Assembly: GCA_964342705.1 (NCBI GenBank)
Contig: CAYFHB010000001.1
Coordinates: forward strand, 1 to 40,516
Source: an uncultured Candidatus Poseidoniales archaeon
GTDB lineage: Archaea > Thermoplasmatota > Poseidoniia > Poseidoniales > Thalassarchaeaceae
Direction: 5' to 3'
Length of the DNA: 40,516 nt
In this document: positions 8,361 through 17,158 of the stretch, piece after piece
Layout: the number at the start of each line of letters is the position of its first letter
Position numbering within the stretch: the stretch's first letter is position 1
Program-made: the position numbers and the translations under genes
The notes under the pieces: generated by a model
What the model saw: the letters and a program-made list of their open reading frames with translations, nothing else
Told to the model about the DNA's origin: nothing
The model's database searches: none

Positions 8361-9509
8361 ATGGCTGAGTTCAGACTGTCCGAGGAGCAGGAGATGTTAC
8401 GAGAGCTTGCTCACGAGTTCGCAAGGGACTCGGTTCGCCCACATGCTGAGGAGTGGGATTCGAAAAATGAGTTCCCTCTGGAGGCGATTGCTGAGGCGCA
8501 CGCACTTGGGCTGACCAATCTGCACGTTCCCGCTGAGTATGGCGGTATGGGAATGGGGATTTCTGATGAGGTTCTGGTGTCCGAGGAATTCTCCTGGGGT
8601 GACCCGGGGTTCAGCACCGCGGCTTATTCGAACGGATTGACCGTGGGGCCAATCATCACCGGCGGTACCGAGGAGCAGAAGGAAGAGTATCTCGGACGGC
8701 TGGTGAAGGAGCCAAAGATTGCTTCCTATTGTGTAACCGAGCCAGCCGCTGGTAGCGATGTCGCTAGCATCGAGACGACCGCGGTTCGAGATGGTGACCA
8801 TTACATCCTGAACGGGGAGAAGATGTTCATCACCGGAGCCGGCCATGCTGACTGGTTCTTCGTGCTCGGCTACACCGACAAATCGGCCGGCTACAAAGGG
8901 ATGAGCGCCTTCATCGTCGAGAGCGGCTGGGATGGGGTTTCTCTGGGTAAGAAGGAGAACAACATGGGACAACGCGCATCCGACACTCGAGGGGTTCGAT
9001 TCGAGGATGTTCACGTACCGGTTGAGAACCTCGTCGGAGGCGTCGAGGGAAAGGGCTGGTTCAATGCGATGAAGGCATTCGATTTGTCGCGTCCGAACGT
9101 CGCGGCGCAGGCGGTTGGATGCGCCCGCGCGGCTTACGAACATGCGTTGCAGTACGCCGATGAGAGGGAGACCTTTGGCAAGAAATTGCATCAGCACCAA
9201 TCCCTTCAATTCATGCTTGCCGACATGAAGACCAAGATCGAGGCGAGTCGGCTATTGACCTGGCGAACAGCGTGGGAGGCGGACAATGGAATCCGCAACA
9301 CTGAGAGCGCCGCTCACGCCAAGAGATTCGCCGCTGATTCCTGCATGGAAATAACAACCGATGCGGTGCAAATTTTCGGCGGTTACGGCTACTCAGAAGA
9401 GTACCCTGTGGCGCGACTTATGCGCGCCGCCAAGGTGCTTCAGATTTACGAAGGAAGTAGTCAGGTTCAGCGCATGATAATCGGACGCGAAATGACTCGG
9501 AATCTCTGA
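8361..9509 (+). CDS. Acyl-CoA dehydrogenase (short/medium-chain type)
   Basis: LSEEQEMLRELAHEFA, CVTEPAAGSDVAS, FITGAGHADWFFV, GGYGYSEEYPVARLMRAAKVLQIYEGSSQVQR (catalytic Glu context YEG). Confidence 0.9.
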   Translation: MAEFRLSEEQEMLRELAHEFARDSVRPHAEEWDSKNEFPLEAIAEAHALGLTNLHVPAEYGGMGMGISDEVLVSEEFSWGDPGFSTAAYSNGLTVGPIITGGTEEQKEEYLGRLVKEPKIASYCVTEPAAGSDVASIETTAVRDGDHYILNGEKMFITGAGHADWFFVLGYTDKSAGYKGMSAFIVESGWDGVSLGKKENNMGQRASDTRGVRFEDVHVPVENLVGGVEGKGWFNAMKAFDLSRPNVAAQAVGCARAAYEHALQYADERETFGKKLHQHQSLQFMLADMKTKIEASRLLTWRTAWEADNGIRNTESAAHAKRFAADSCMEITTDAVQIFGGYGYSEEYPVARLMRAAKVLQIYEGSSQVQRMIIGREMTRNL

Positions 9510-9548
9510 TTAAAGCAAGGGCGATTATCGTCTCAATTCGCAAGAAAA

Positions 9549-9563
9549 CAGCCCTTTGGGCTG
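9549..9563 (+). other. 6-3-6 stem-loop CAGCCC-TTT-GGGCTG downstream of the acyl-CoA dehydrogenase gene
   Basis: Perfect 6-bp arms, 39 nt after the stop at 9509. No T-tract follows, so a terminator role is uncertain. Confidence 0.3.
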
Positions 9564-9621
9564 CCCGCGCGAGGAACCGCTTGATTCAAGGTGGGATTGC
9601 GAGCCCCCGCAATCGATATCC

Positions 9622-11634
9622 ATGAGGGATACCGCTGCTATCCGCGCCCGATTGACCGCTTTTGCGATTCTCGGTATGATGCTAGTCCCCGCACTCGCAG
9701 CAGCGGTTCCTTCGGTAAACAACCCGAAGTTCGAGCAGAATATGCAGACCTATGCCGAGCAGATTGGTGATTGGTGGGAGAACACAAACATGGATCTCGA
9801 CGGGGATTACATCCACGATGCAATTTGGATCGCTGCAAAAAACAATCACCGAGAATACCTCGACGAGGACGGACGAATCTCCGTCATCGTCGACTTTGAC
9901 CACACGCCGAGCGAAGCAGACCAAGCCATGCTCGAGCGCGAGGTCGCCTTCCAAACTCAATTCAGATACTGGCTCATCGATTCAATCGCTGGAACCGTCG
10001 AACTCGACCGCATCCACGAACTCGTTGACCTACCCGGAGTCGTCTTCGTCGAGCTCGACGGTTGGCTCGAGGTCCAGATGAAAGACGTCGTCCCAACCCA
10101 CGGAGTAGACTTAGTCTGGCAAGATACTGGCTACACTGGAGAAGGTGTCACGATGGCTATCATCGACACCGGAATCGACGGCAACCACACCGGTGTCGAC
10201 GACCTCGACGATGATAATTCAACAAACGACCCAAAGATTCTCGCATTCTACGACGCGGTCAACAACCCGGGTCTAACCAACGGCAGTGAGGTCTTCCCAT
10301 ACGATGACCACGGACACGGAACCCACTGCGCTGGAATCACAACCGGAACCGGTGCCCCAACTTACGAGCACGTTGGAGTCGCACCGCAAGCCAACCTCGT
10401 TGGAGTCAAGGTTCTCAGCGGCAGCGGAGGAGGAACCTATGCCCAAGTAATGGCTGGAATGCAGTGGACAGTTGACAAGCGCCATGATTACAACATCCGA
10501 GCAGCAAGCCTGAGCCTCGGCGGCCCAGGCCTCTCAGAATGGACCTCCAGCGAGCAGGAATCCGTCAACAGAATGGCTAACCAGATGATGCGATCTGGAG
10601 TTGCAGTTTTCATCGCAGCAGGCAACTCCGCCTTCAGCGCACAAATTGGAACACCCGGTAGCGCTGAAGACGTCATCACGGTCGGAGCCCTCGACAAGGA
10701 CACCAAGATTGCCGTATATTCAAGCCAAGGCCCGACCGAAGAAGGGCGCATCAAGCCGAATGTCGCATTCGTTGGATCAAGCGTGAACGCGCCCGCCGCA
10801 AACACCGGAGATGGCTACACATCGATGTCCGGAACGAGCATGGCAACGCCCGGAGCCGCAGGTGTCGGAGTCCTCATGTTCCAAGCGAACCCGGACCTGA
10901 GTCCATTTGACATTCGCAATATCATGCAGGAGACCTCAACCTACCGTCAGTGCCACTACATGCTTGCCAACGAACCCTGTGCTGAGGACCTCATTCCCAA
11001 GAACCGTCAAAACAACGTCTATGGCCATGGACACGTCAACGCCCAACCTTCAGTCGAGGAGGCTGCGAATTATCACTACGAACTCAACTTGGCCCTGAAT
11101 GTGACTCTGGCGAGTGAGTACGGATTAGAAAATCGCGTGCACATCGGCCAGGGAGATTCGGTTGTCTTCAACCTAGTTGGTGGAGTTCAGCGAGTCCAGT
11201 GGCGCACATGGGATATGCGAGATAATTGGATGGATCTGTCTGAGTTCGAGGTTGGCGACCAGCATTTCGAGGTGACTCACAGTCTTCTCGTTGACCGACT
11301 CCGGTTCCTCCCGAATAACACCGTCGAAGGCGACCAAGTAATCCTTGTTCGCGCAATCGCTGGTGATGAGGCATCGACTAACCTCGCCGTTGCTATTCAT
11401 GTGATGGGCGAGGAGAAAATTGAGGCCAATGATGGCGACGATTCGCTGATGGGATTGCTCGTCGGTGTACTCGCGTTGATGGTGCTGGTTCTGCTCGGTG
11501 CGCTGGCTTTTGCCGGAGTTCAATTGCGCGAGCGCGGCTTCTTCGATAATGAGGAAGAGTACGAAGAGGAATGGTACTCTGACGTCGAATCAATGATGGG
11601 TGATGAGGCGGTGGACGCCTCAGATGGCGATTGA
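9622..11634 (+). CDS. Subtilisin-like serine protease (peptidase S8), secreted, C-terminally membrane-anchored
   Basis: Signal-like N-terminus MRDTAAIRARLTAFAILGMMLVPALAAA. Catalytic triad contexts are IIDTGIDGNH, DDHGHGTHCAG and SGTSMATPGAAG. A C-terminal TM (LLVGVLALMVLVLLGALAFAGV) is followed by an acidic tail. The ORF track starts at a TTG at 9556; the ATG at 9622 is preferred. Confidence 0.88.
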   Translation: MRDTAAIRARLTAFAILGMMLVPALAAAVPSVNNPKFEQNMQTYAEQIGDWWENTNMDLDGDYIHDAIWIAAKNNHREYLDEDGRISVIVDFDHTPSEADQAMLEREVAFQTQFRYWLIDSIAGTVELDRIHELVDLPGVVFVELDGWLEVQMKDVVPTHGVDLVWQDTGYTGEGVTMAIIDTGIDGNHTGVDDLDDDNSTNDPKILAFYDAVNNPGLTNGSEVFPYDDHGHGTHCAGITTGTGAPTYEHVGVAPQANLVGVKVLSGSGGGTYAQVMAGMQWTVDKRHDYNIRAASLSLGGPGLSEWTSSEQESVNRMANQMMRSGVAVFIAAGNSAFSAQIGTPGSAEDVITVGALDKDTKIAVYSSQGPTEEGRIKPNVAFVGSSVNAPAANTGDGYTSMSGTSMATPGAAGVGVLMFQANPDLSPFDIRNIMQETSTYRQCHYMLANEPCAEDLIPKNRQNNVYGHGHVNAQPSVEEAANYHYELNLALNVTLASEYGLENRVHIGQGDSVVFNLVGGVQRVQWRTWDMRDNWMDLSEFEVGDQHFEVTHSLLVDRLRFLPNNTVEGDQVILVRAIAGDEASTNLAVAIHVMGEEKIEANDGDDSLMGLLVGVLALMVLVLLGALAFAGVQLRERGFFDNEEEYEEEWYSDVESMMGDEAVDASDGD

Positions 11635-12181
11635 CAGGGCTATCATCCTCGCCGCTGGGGCGAGTCAGCGATTGGGGCAAACCAAGGCACTGGTCGAACT
11701 TGGTGGATCGACTCTGGTCGAGATGGTTGCCGGGCGTTTGGATTCGGCTGGGCTCGAGGTTACGATTGTCACAAGAGTCGAGTTGGTAGAGTCAATTCGT
11801 GCGCTATTGCCTGAGGCTCATTTGGTGGTGAATCATGAGCCCGAGGCTGGGCGCACAGGTAGTATTCAGTGCGGGCTAGCATCGATTGGTGGCGGGCCGG
11901 TGTTGATCGCGCCGGTTGACCGGCCCGGATTCAGCCTCGCCACCGTCAAAGCGCTGTGCGAGTTTGAGACGACCTCTTGTCCTACTCTCGATGGCCGCGG
12001 AGGTCACCCAATCGCTCTATCAGCGGCAGACTGCGAGCGTATACGTGAAGCGGGTCCAGACACGCCGCTGCGCGACCTAATCGAGCCAAACCGAATCGAG
12101 GTCGCCGACCCTCACCTGCATCTCAATATCGACACGCCAGATGACATCGAAGCCCTCAGGCGTGTCGCATCAAACCTCTGA
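11624..12181 (+). CDS. MobA/MocA-like nucleotidyltransferase (probable molybdenum cofactor cytidylyl-/guanylyltransferase)
   Basis: N-terminal AIILAAGASQRLGQTKALVELGG (the LAAGxSxRxG signature of the MobA-like NTP transferase fold) and IAPVDRPG. It overlaps the protease stop by 11 nt. The genomic context is XdhC plus an XDH-family enzyme. Confidence 0.7.
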   Translation: MAIDRAIILAAGASQRLGQTKALVELGGSTLVEMVAGRLDSAGLEVTIVTRVELVESIRALLPEAHLVVNHEPEAGRTGSIQCGLASIGGGPVLIAPVDRPGFSLATVKALCEFETTSCPTLDGRGGHPIALSAADCERIREAGPDTPLRDLIEPNRIEVADPHLHLNIDTPDDIEALRRVASNL

Positions 12182-12222
12182 ATCTCCCCTGAGCGATTTA
12201 CGAGTGCGAGTCAGCCAAACCC

Positions 12223-13503
12223 TCAGGGCTGCAACAAGCGCTCGACATCTGGATATTCGCCCATAGCCCAGAGGAAGGCCAAACCCACGATCAAAGCCGG
12301 CAAAGTCGTGTGAATCGTAGCCCAAATCGACGCCACTTTGTGCCTAACGAGCAGAGGGAACAGGGCATCGCCATCCTGCGAAATCGCATTGGCGACAAGA
12401 GCAGGGAAGGAGATCAAGCCCTCGACATAAGCCGTGATGGCGATGATCTGAGGACCGCAGCCGGGAATCAACCCGACTCCGGCCGCGACGACGATTGCAC
12501 CAACTCCAGCACCATGCTCGGCGAGGTCGCCCTCGGTCATACCGAAAGCGATCATACCAAACTCGAAGGCGAGGTAGGCGATAAGGACCCAGAAAGTCAC
12601 GAAGGCAGTCTCAGAGGCGGCGTGAACAAGGGTCTCGTCCATCGAATGCAGTTTGTCTCCGATCGTAGCTTCGGTATCATCCGCGAAGAAATTCTTGCTC
12701 GAGAGATAGAGAATAATCGACAACGTAGTTCCGATGAATCCAACCCAAGTCACAAGTCCATCGCGCGTGCTCGGATCCCACACGAGTTCAGGCGCGTAAT
12801 CGGGGTCCTGCGCGTACCAGACGAGAAGGAGAATTGCAAGGACAAGGCCGACTGCAGTAACCGCCCACCACACTCGGTAACCTTGGTGCAGAATCTGGTA
12901 ACCCAAGCCCTCTGCGACCTCCCGTGGTAGGTCATCGATGATTGAGTCATGTCCATGGATGTCGCAGTGCGCATCCTCCTCGAGTTTCTTTGCGACATCC
13001 TCTCCGAGCGATTCGTCCGCGTCGTTTCCTGACCAGAGCGTCGGGGTGAATTTTCCGAGCGGACGAGCGGGGGTGACGCCCGCTACGTCAGCCCCGTATC
13101 CCCATGCGACGCCGACGACGAAGGAGGTCGCGTGAACGATTAGAACCGGGTAGAGGAATTCTGGATTTTGGACAACGGCGCCGATGAGAACGAAGGCGGC
13201 GTCGCCAAGAGTTGCGATGAGCGTGGCGATGACCGTTCCATAGGTTACGTAGCCACGCGCGTACATTGGCATCATGATGATTGCACCACCGCATCCGGGG
13301 GTCAATCCCATCAGCGCACCCAGCACCGGTTGCCAGCGCTCGTTATCGCGAATCCAATCGACGAATCGGCCGGCGGTGACGTATTGCAACCAACTGAAAA
13401 GTAGCACCATGGCTGCTACGAAAACGGTGACTGCGAGGAAGGCATCTCGCATTGAAACAACCAGAATCTCGAGCACCTCACCGGAGGTGACTTTCAATTC
13501 CAT
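12223..13503 (-). CDS. Polytopic membrane protein, putative metal(loid) transporter with a duplicated PGCG motif (ArsP_2/DUF2899-like, tentative)
   Basis: Two homologous halves carry GLTPGCGGAIIMMP and GLIPGCGPQIIAIT, each followed by a GD(A)xF motif (LGDAAFVLIG / QDGDALFPLL). The central soluble loop has an acidic/His cluster, EEDAHCDIHGHD. The first in-frame ATG is at 13503; the ORF track starts at a TTG at 13533. Confidence 0.6.
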   Translation of the reverse strand: MELKVTSGEVLEILVVSMRDAFLAVTVFVAAMVLLFSWLQYVTAGRFVDWIRDNERWQPVLGALMGLTPGCGGAIIMMPMYARGYVTYGTVIATLIATLGDAAFVLIGAVVQNPEFLYPVLIVHATSFVVGVAWGYGADVAGVTPARPLGKFTPTLWSGNDADESLGEDVAKKLEEDAHCDIHGHDSIIDDLPREVAEGLGYQILHQGYRVWWAVTAVGLVLAILLLVWYAQDPDYAPELVWDPSTRDGLVTWVGFIGTTLSIILYLSSKNFFADDTEATIGDKLHSMDETLVHAASETAFVTFWVLIAYLAFEFGMIAFGMTEGDLAEHGAGVGAIVVAAGVGLIPGCGPQIIAITAYVEGLISFPALVANAISQDGDALFPLLVRHKVASIWATIHTTLPALIVGLAFLWAMGEYPDVERLLQP

Positions 13504-13534
13504 GAGCCGGTCGGTAAGCAGCCACCATATCAAA

Positions 13535-13550
13535 GTTAGCCGAGGCTAAC
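13535..13550. promoter_or_regulatory. 7-2-7 inverted repeat GTTAGCC-GA-GGCTAAC in a divergent promoter region
   Basis: Perfect 7-bp arms, 32 nt upstream of the transporter ATG (13503, - strand) and 83 nt upstream of the xdhC ATG (13633). Confidence 0.35.
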
Positions 13551-13632
13551 TCCGTCGTCAAATGTGGAAAATTTTGGAGTTGGTATCCTTCTCACGTGCG
13601 CGGCAAATCCCATATCACTCACCGCGCCCGCG

Positions 13633-14472
13633 ATGATGATGACGAGTGCCACGCTCGCATGGGTCCTCGAGAGACTATCTCGCGGTGAGCGCGTTGCTCT
13701 GGCTTCGGTAGTTGAGGCGAGCGGGAGCGTACCCGGTAAACCCGGAGCGCGAATGGCGGTGACAAATCGTGGAAAGCGCCACGGAACTGTGGGTGGAGCG
13801 GGACTTGAGTTGAAGGTCGAAGGGAACCTTCAGCAGATGCTTGTCAATGGTTCGAGCGCCAGCCGAGTCGAGACCTACGTCCTGCATCGCGATGCGAAGG
13901 GCAAAGAGGCGACCGCGCTCAACAGCCTCTGCGGCGGTCGCGTGACCGTATCTCTGGAGGTGCTAGAACCCGTGCCACACATTCTGATTGCCGGCGGCGG
14001 TCATTGTGGTCAAGCTATTGCCGCCGTCTGTGATAATCTCGGATGGTCTCACAGCGTCTACGACATCCGCCCCGAGTATGCTGCCAGCGAACTCTATCCG
14101 AATGCCGTTGAGAATCATGATGGAGATGTCAATGGGTTCGTCACCAGCCTTGCCGATGAGGGATTCCTGCGCTTCTCCGATGTGCTCCTGCTCAGCCATG
14201 ATTGGGCCGTTGACCAAGGCCTCCTCATCGGCATGCTGCGAGCTCGAGGAGAGGAGAGTCGGCCGCGCATCGGGGCGATCGGCTCACGCTCGAAATGGAG
14301 CGCCTTCTCCAAGGCGCTACTCGATGCCGGAATCAGCCAAACCGCAATCGATTCGGTTCGTTGTCCAATAGGCATCGACATCGGCGCAGAGAGTCCAGAA
14401 GAGATCGCTATCGCCGTCTGCGCCGAGATAATGGCTCTCGAGAAGCAGAGCCTCACAAGCGCCGAAGACTGA
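13633..14472 (+). CDS. xdhC: XdhC-family molybdenum cofactor insertion/sulfuration accessory protein
   Basis: The N-terminal XdhC/CoxI domain reads LAWVLERLSRGERVALASVVEASGSVPGKPGARMAV. The Rossmann-like part reads HILIAGGGHCGQAIAAV, and the C-terminus has RCPIGIDIGAESPEEIAIAV. The start is placed at the MMM cluster; the ORF is open from a GTG at 13564. Confidence 0.85.
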   Translation: MMMTSATLAWVLERLSRGERVALASVVEASGSVPGKPGARMAVTNRGKRHGTVGGAGLELKVEGNLQQMLVNGSSASRVETYVLHRDAKGKEATALNSLCGGRVTVSLEVLEPVPHILIAGGGHCGQAIAAVCDNLGWSHSVYDIRPEYAASELYPNAVENHDGDVNGFVTSLADEGFLRFSDVLLLSHDWAVDQGLLIGMLRARGEESRPRIGAIGSRSKWSAFSKALLDAGISQTAIDSVRCPIGIDIGAESPEEIAIAVCAEIMALEKQSLTSAED

Positions 14473-14498
14473 AATGCGGCCCATCGGGCCGCCAATAC

Positions 14499-15725
14499 AT
14501 GCGAGCAGCCGCATCAGCCCTCGTCCTGATGCTCACATCTGCGATGCTCAGCGGCTGCATCTGGGGAGATGAAACCGCCCCTGAAGAGTCAGAACCCATG
14601 AAAGACGAGTTCCGGGCATTCAGTGTAGTTGCACCAATCGACACTGGCATCAATGTCTACCACGACCACTTCCGAAGCAACGAGACATTGCCCGATTGGA
14701 TGCTTGAGCAATTCGGTGTGACTATGACCTGCGAGTTGACCTTCGAGGGCACCTGGGAGGAGCGATATGAGGCGGACAAAGAAACCTGTTGGGACGTCAT
14801 CAACGCCACCGATATTGTCTACTTCCCCGGCACTCGGATCATAGGCACCACCCCCGACGATAATACCGACATTCCAATCCTCGACGACCCCAATGACGGC
14901 CACGGTACAGCGGTTACTGGAGCTGTCATCAACGCGAATCCCGAGGCGGTGATATTCTTCGTCGAGGGATTCTCCGACGCAGCGGTTTTGGCGGCTGCCA
15001 ATCAACCACTCGTCGACATCATAACAACCAGTTTCGGACCACCCGGCTCGGTCCCCGTAACCGGAATCGAACACGCAACCAAGGTCGCGGTGGTCCAGAA
15101 CAAGAAGATCCACACCGGCGCAGCCGACAATTCGCCTTCACCCTCGGTGCAAGATTCGACCGCTGGCCCACCTTGGAGCATCGGGATATCTGGATATGCG
15201 GAAGAGGACGATGACCAGAAGGAGACGATGAGCGGCACCTATCCCGACGTCGCCGCAGACTGGACCCAAGTCCTGCCAGACCACGACACCATCGACGGTT
15301 ATCACCAGACCAGCGGAACCTCATTCGCAACCCCGCGAACCGCTGGGCTGCTCTCCAAAGTCCTCCAGCATCTGCGCGCAGAATTCGGCGACGACTCAAG
15401 CGGTGCCGACCCATTGCTTCGTGCAGGCCTCATCGTCAATGGAACCGACTACTCGGCGACTGAGGCCGACATCCGTGATGCGCTCAACCTATCCGGATGG
15501 TATCCAAGCGCGAGCACCTGGGACCCGAGCAGTGGTACAATGCCAATCTCCCCCGTCGCGCCTTGCACCCAAGTCGGCTGGGGAGTGGTCAACGAATCCA
15601 ACGTCCAGCCGATAATCAAGCATCTCAACGGAACCGAGCAGATGCCGAACCGCCCGTCTGACGTAGTTCAGTGCATGGCGGCGAACCAAGCGATTCGTGA
15701 AGCATATTGGCAATTCAGAGCTTGA
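14499..15725 (+). CDS. Peptidase S8 family serine protease, predicted lipobox-type secreted protein
   Basis: Signal plus lipobox: MRAAASALVLMLTSAMLSGC. Triad contexts are VAPIDTGINVYH, DGHGTAVTGAV and SGTSFATPRTAG. Confidence 0.8.
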   Translation: MRAAASALVLMLTSAMLSGCIWGDETAPEESEPMKDEFRAFSVVAPIDTGINVYHDHFRSNETLPDWMLEQFGVTMTCELTFEGTWEERYEADKETCWDVINATDIVYFPGTRIIGTTPDDNTDIPILDDPNDGHGTAVTGAVINANPEAVIFFVEGFSDAAVLAAANQPLVDIITTSFGPPGSVPVTGIEHATKVAVVQNKKIHTGAADNSPSPSVQDSTAGPPWSIGISGYAEEDDDQKETMSGTYPDVAADWTQVLPDHDTIDGYHQTSGTSFATPRTAGLLSKVLQHLRAEFGDDSSGADPLLRAGLIVNGTDYSATEADIRDALNLSGWYPSASTWDPSSGTMPISPVAPCTQVGWGVVNESNVQPIIKHLNGTEQMPNRPSDVVQCMAANQAIREAYWQFRA

Positions 15726-15764
15726 TGCCTAAATTTTCTGTCAAAAACTGCAGTTTCCAACAAT

Positions 15765-15779
15765 TCGACCGTAGGTCGA
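15765..15779 (+). promoter_or_regulatory. 6-3-6 inverted repeat TCGACC-GTA-GGTCGA upstream of the HTH_10 regulator gene
   Basis: Perfect 6-bp arms in a locally AT-richer stretch (15726-15832), 39 nt after the S8 stop and 54 nt before the regulator ATG. It shares the central CCGTAGG with the repeat at 16534-16548. Confidence 0.35.
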
Positions 15780-15832
15780 GTGTAAACTCAAATTCCGGTT
15801 GTTTGAATACGGAATACGCCATCCTCGGGCCG

Positions 15833-16480
15833 ATGCGCAAGGTAGCCCTGCGGTGGTATACTACGACTATTCAGGGCTCCAAGGAACTCTCGAAGATTCT
15901 AGAAATCTGCGATCGAATTGAGGTTCTCGCACACCTCGGAGTCTCCCCCGTCGGAATCGTCCAACTCGCTGAAATCGAGCTAAAACCTGACCGAGACATC
16001 TACGAACTATCCGACCTCGACTCCTTCCAAGTAATGGATATCCACGAAGAATCATCAGAGGGAATACTGGCAAGCATCCTCTGCTCACACCGTCTCGCAA
16101 AATCCGCAATCGAACTCTCAAACCTGCATCTCCAGCCGCCATACGGCATCGATTCTGTCCGCGGCATGGAGATGAGAGTCACTGGCCTCACCGGCGCGAT
16201 GCGACGGTTTCTCGCCCTTCTAAGAGTGGTTCTCCCACCGGATAAGGTCAGTGTCATGACGGCGCGTGGTGAACTCGTGAATGGATGGGACGAGGTGCTG
16301 ACGGCGAGACAGCAGGAGGTGTTGGCTTTCGCTGTCGAGCGCGGCTATTACGACGAAGGAGGGGATTTGACAATCAAGGAATTGGCAGATGAGATGGGCA
16401 TCTCCAGATCGACTTTCGGCGGCCATTTACAAGGGGCTGAAAGAGCTGTGCTTCGTAAGGCAGCATCCGACCTTGAGTGA
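15833..16480 (+). CDS. HTH_10 (bacterio-opsin activator-like) family transcriptional regulator
   Basis: The C-terminal LTARQQEVLAFAVERGYYDEGGDLTIKELADEMGISRSTFGGHLQGAERAVLRKA is the typical HTH_10 module. At about 215 aa it has the usual size. An alternative ATG at 15725 (TGATG overlap with the S8 stop) would add 36 low-complexity residues. Confidence 0.8.
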   Translation: MRKVALRWYTTTIQGSKELSKILEICDRIEVLAHLGVSPVGIVQLAEIELKPDRDIYELSDLDSFQVMDIHEESSEGILASILCSHRLAKSAIELSNLHLQPPYGIDSVRGMEMRVTGLTGAMRRFLALLRVVLPPDKVSVMTARGELVNGWDEVLTARQQEVLAFAVERGYYDEGGDLTIKELADEMGISRSTFGGHLQGAERAVLRKAASDLE

Positions 16481-16533
16481 TCGAAAACGACTCGATTTGA
16501 GATGTTGTTCGAGGTGTGGATTCTCCCGTACAT

Positions 16534-16548
16534 GAGTCCGTAGGACTC
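16534..16548 (+). promoter_or_regulatory. 6-3-6 inverted repeat GAGTCC-GTA-GGACTC upstream of the Mo-enzyme operon
   Basis: Perfect 6-bp arms, 53 nt after the regulator stop and about 30-40 nt before the 2Fe-2S subunit start candidates (16577 GTG, 16589 ATG). Confidence 0.35.
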
Positions 16549-16576
16549 AAACCGAAGCGTAATAGGATAATCCGGA

Positions 16577-17158
16577 GTGGATTTGTCCATGGTGCAACAC
16601 CGCCTACCTATGCTTCCCTCTTCTGGGGAGGTGCCTTGGCAGGCAATGGTGAATGGTGTTGAGAAGCAATTGAACATCGAAGGCAATGCGATTCTGCTCG
16701 ATGTCCTTCGTGACCAGGCAGGTAGTCTGGGGACGAAGCGAGGCTGCGATATGGGTACTTGTGGCTGCTGTTCTGTGCTTGTTGATGGGCAGCCTCGACT
16801 CTCCTGTTTGACTCTGGCTGCTGAGGCGGATGGGGCTGAGATTACTACCGTTGAGGGGTTGGCTGATGGGCACCATCTGCATCCGATTCAAGAGATGTTT
16901 GCTGAGTGTGGAGGCTCTCAGTGTGGCTTTTGCACGCCGGGATTCTTGGTGGTTTGCTCGGCGCTGTTAGAAGAGAACCCTGCTCCGAGCGATGATGAGA
17001 TCAAGTGCGCAATTGAAGGCAACCTCTGCCGCTGTACCGGCTATCAGCAAATCGTCGATTCGGTGCGAGCGGCATCTGAGATTCTAACTTCGGGGCAAGG
17101 GGTTGAGGATTCGACCTCTCCGAAGAGCGACCCTCATCCGGGCTTCGCTGGGGAGTGA
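16577..17158 (+). CDS. Xanthine dehydrogenase family, small [2Fe-2S] subunit (CoxS/CutC/HcrC-like)
   Basis: VNGVEKQLNIEGNAILLDVLRD...GTKRGCDMGTCGCCSV is the plant-type 2Fe-2S motif. CGGSQCGFCTPGF...GNLCRCTGY is the second cluster. The start is ambiguous (GTG 16577 or ATG 16589). Confidence 0.9.
   Translation: MDLSMVQHRLPMLPSSGEVPWQAMVNGVEKQLNIEGNAILLDVLRDQAGSLGTKRGCDMGTCGCCSVLVDGQPRLSCLTLAAEADGAEITTVEGLADGHHLHPIQEMFAECGGSQCGFCTPGFLVVCSALLEENPAPSDDEIKCAIEGNLCRCTGYQQIVDSVRAASEILTSGQGVEDSTSPKSDPHPGFAGE

Noticed and set aside
8397-9209. A 270-aa antisense ORF inside the acyl-CoA dehydrogenase gene
   Set aside because: It has no recognisable motif, and its composition is consistent with the antisense of a conserved gene. 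The sense-strand product is unambiguous.
12187-12228. A 7-bp inverted repeat CCCTGAG...CTCAGGG between the convergent MocA-like and transporter genes, as a bidirectional terminator
   Set aside because: The loop is 28 nt, one arm overlaps a stop codon, and there are no flanking T-tracts. This is too weak to call.
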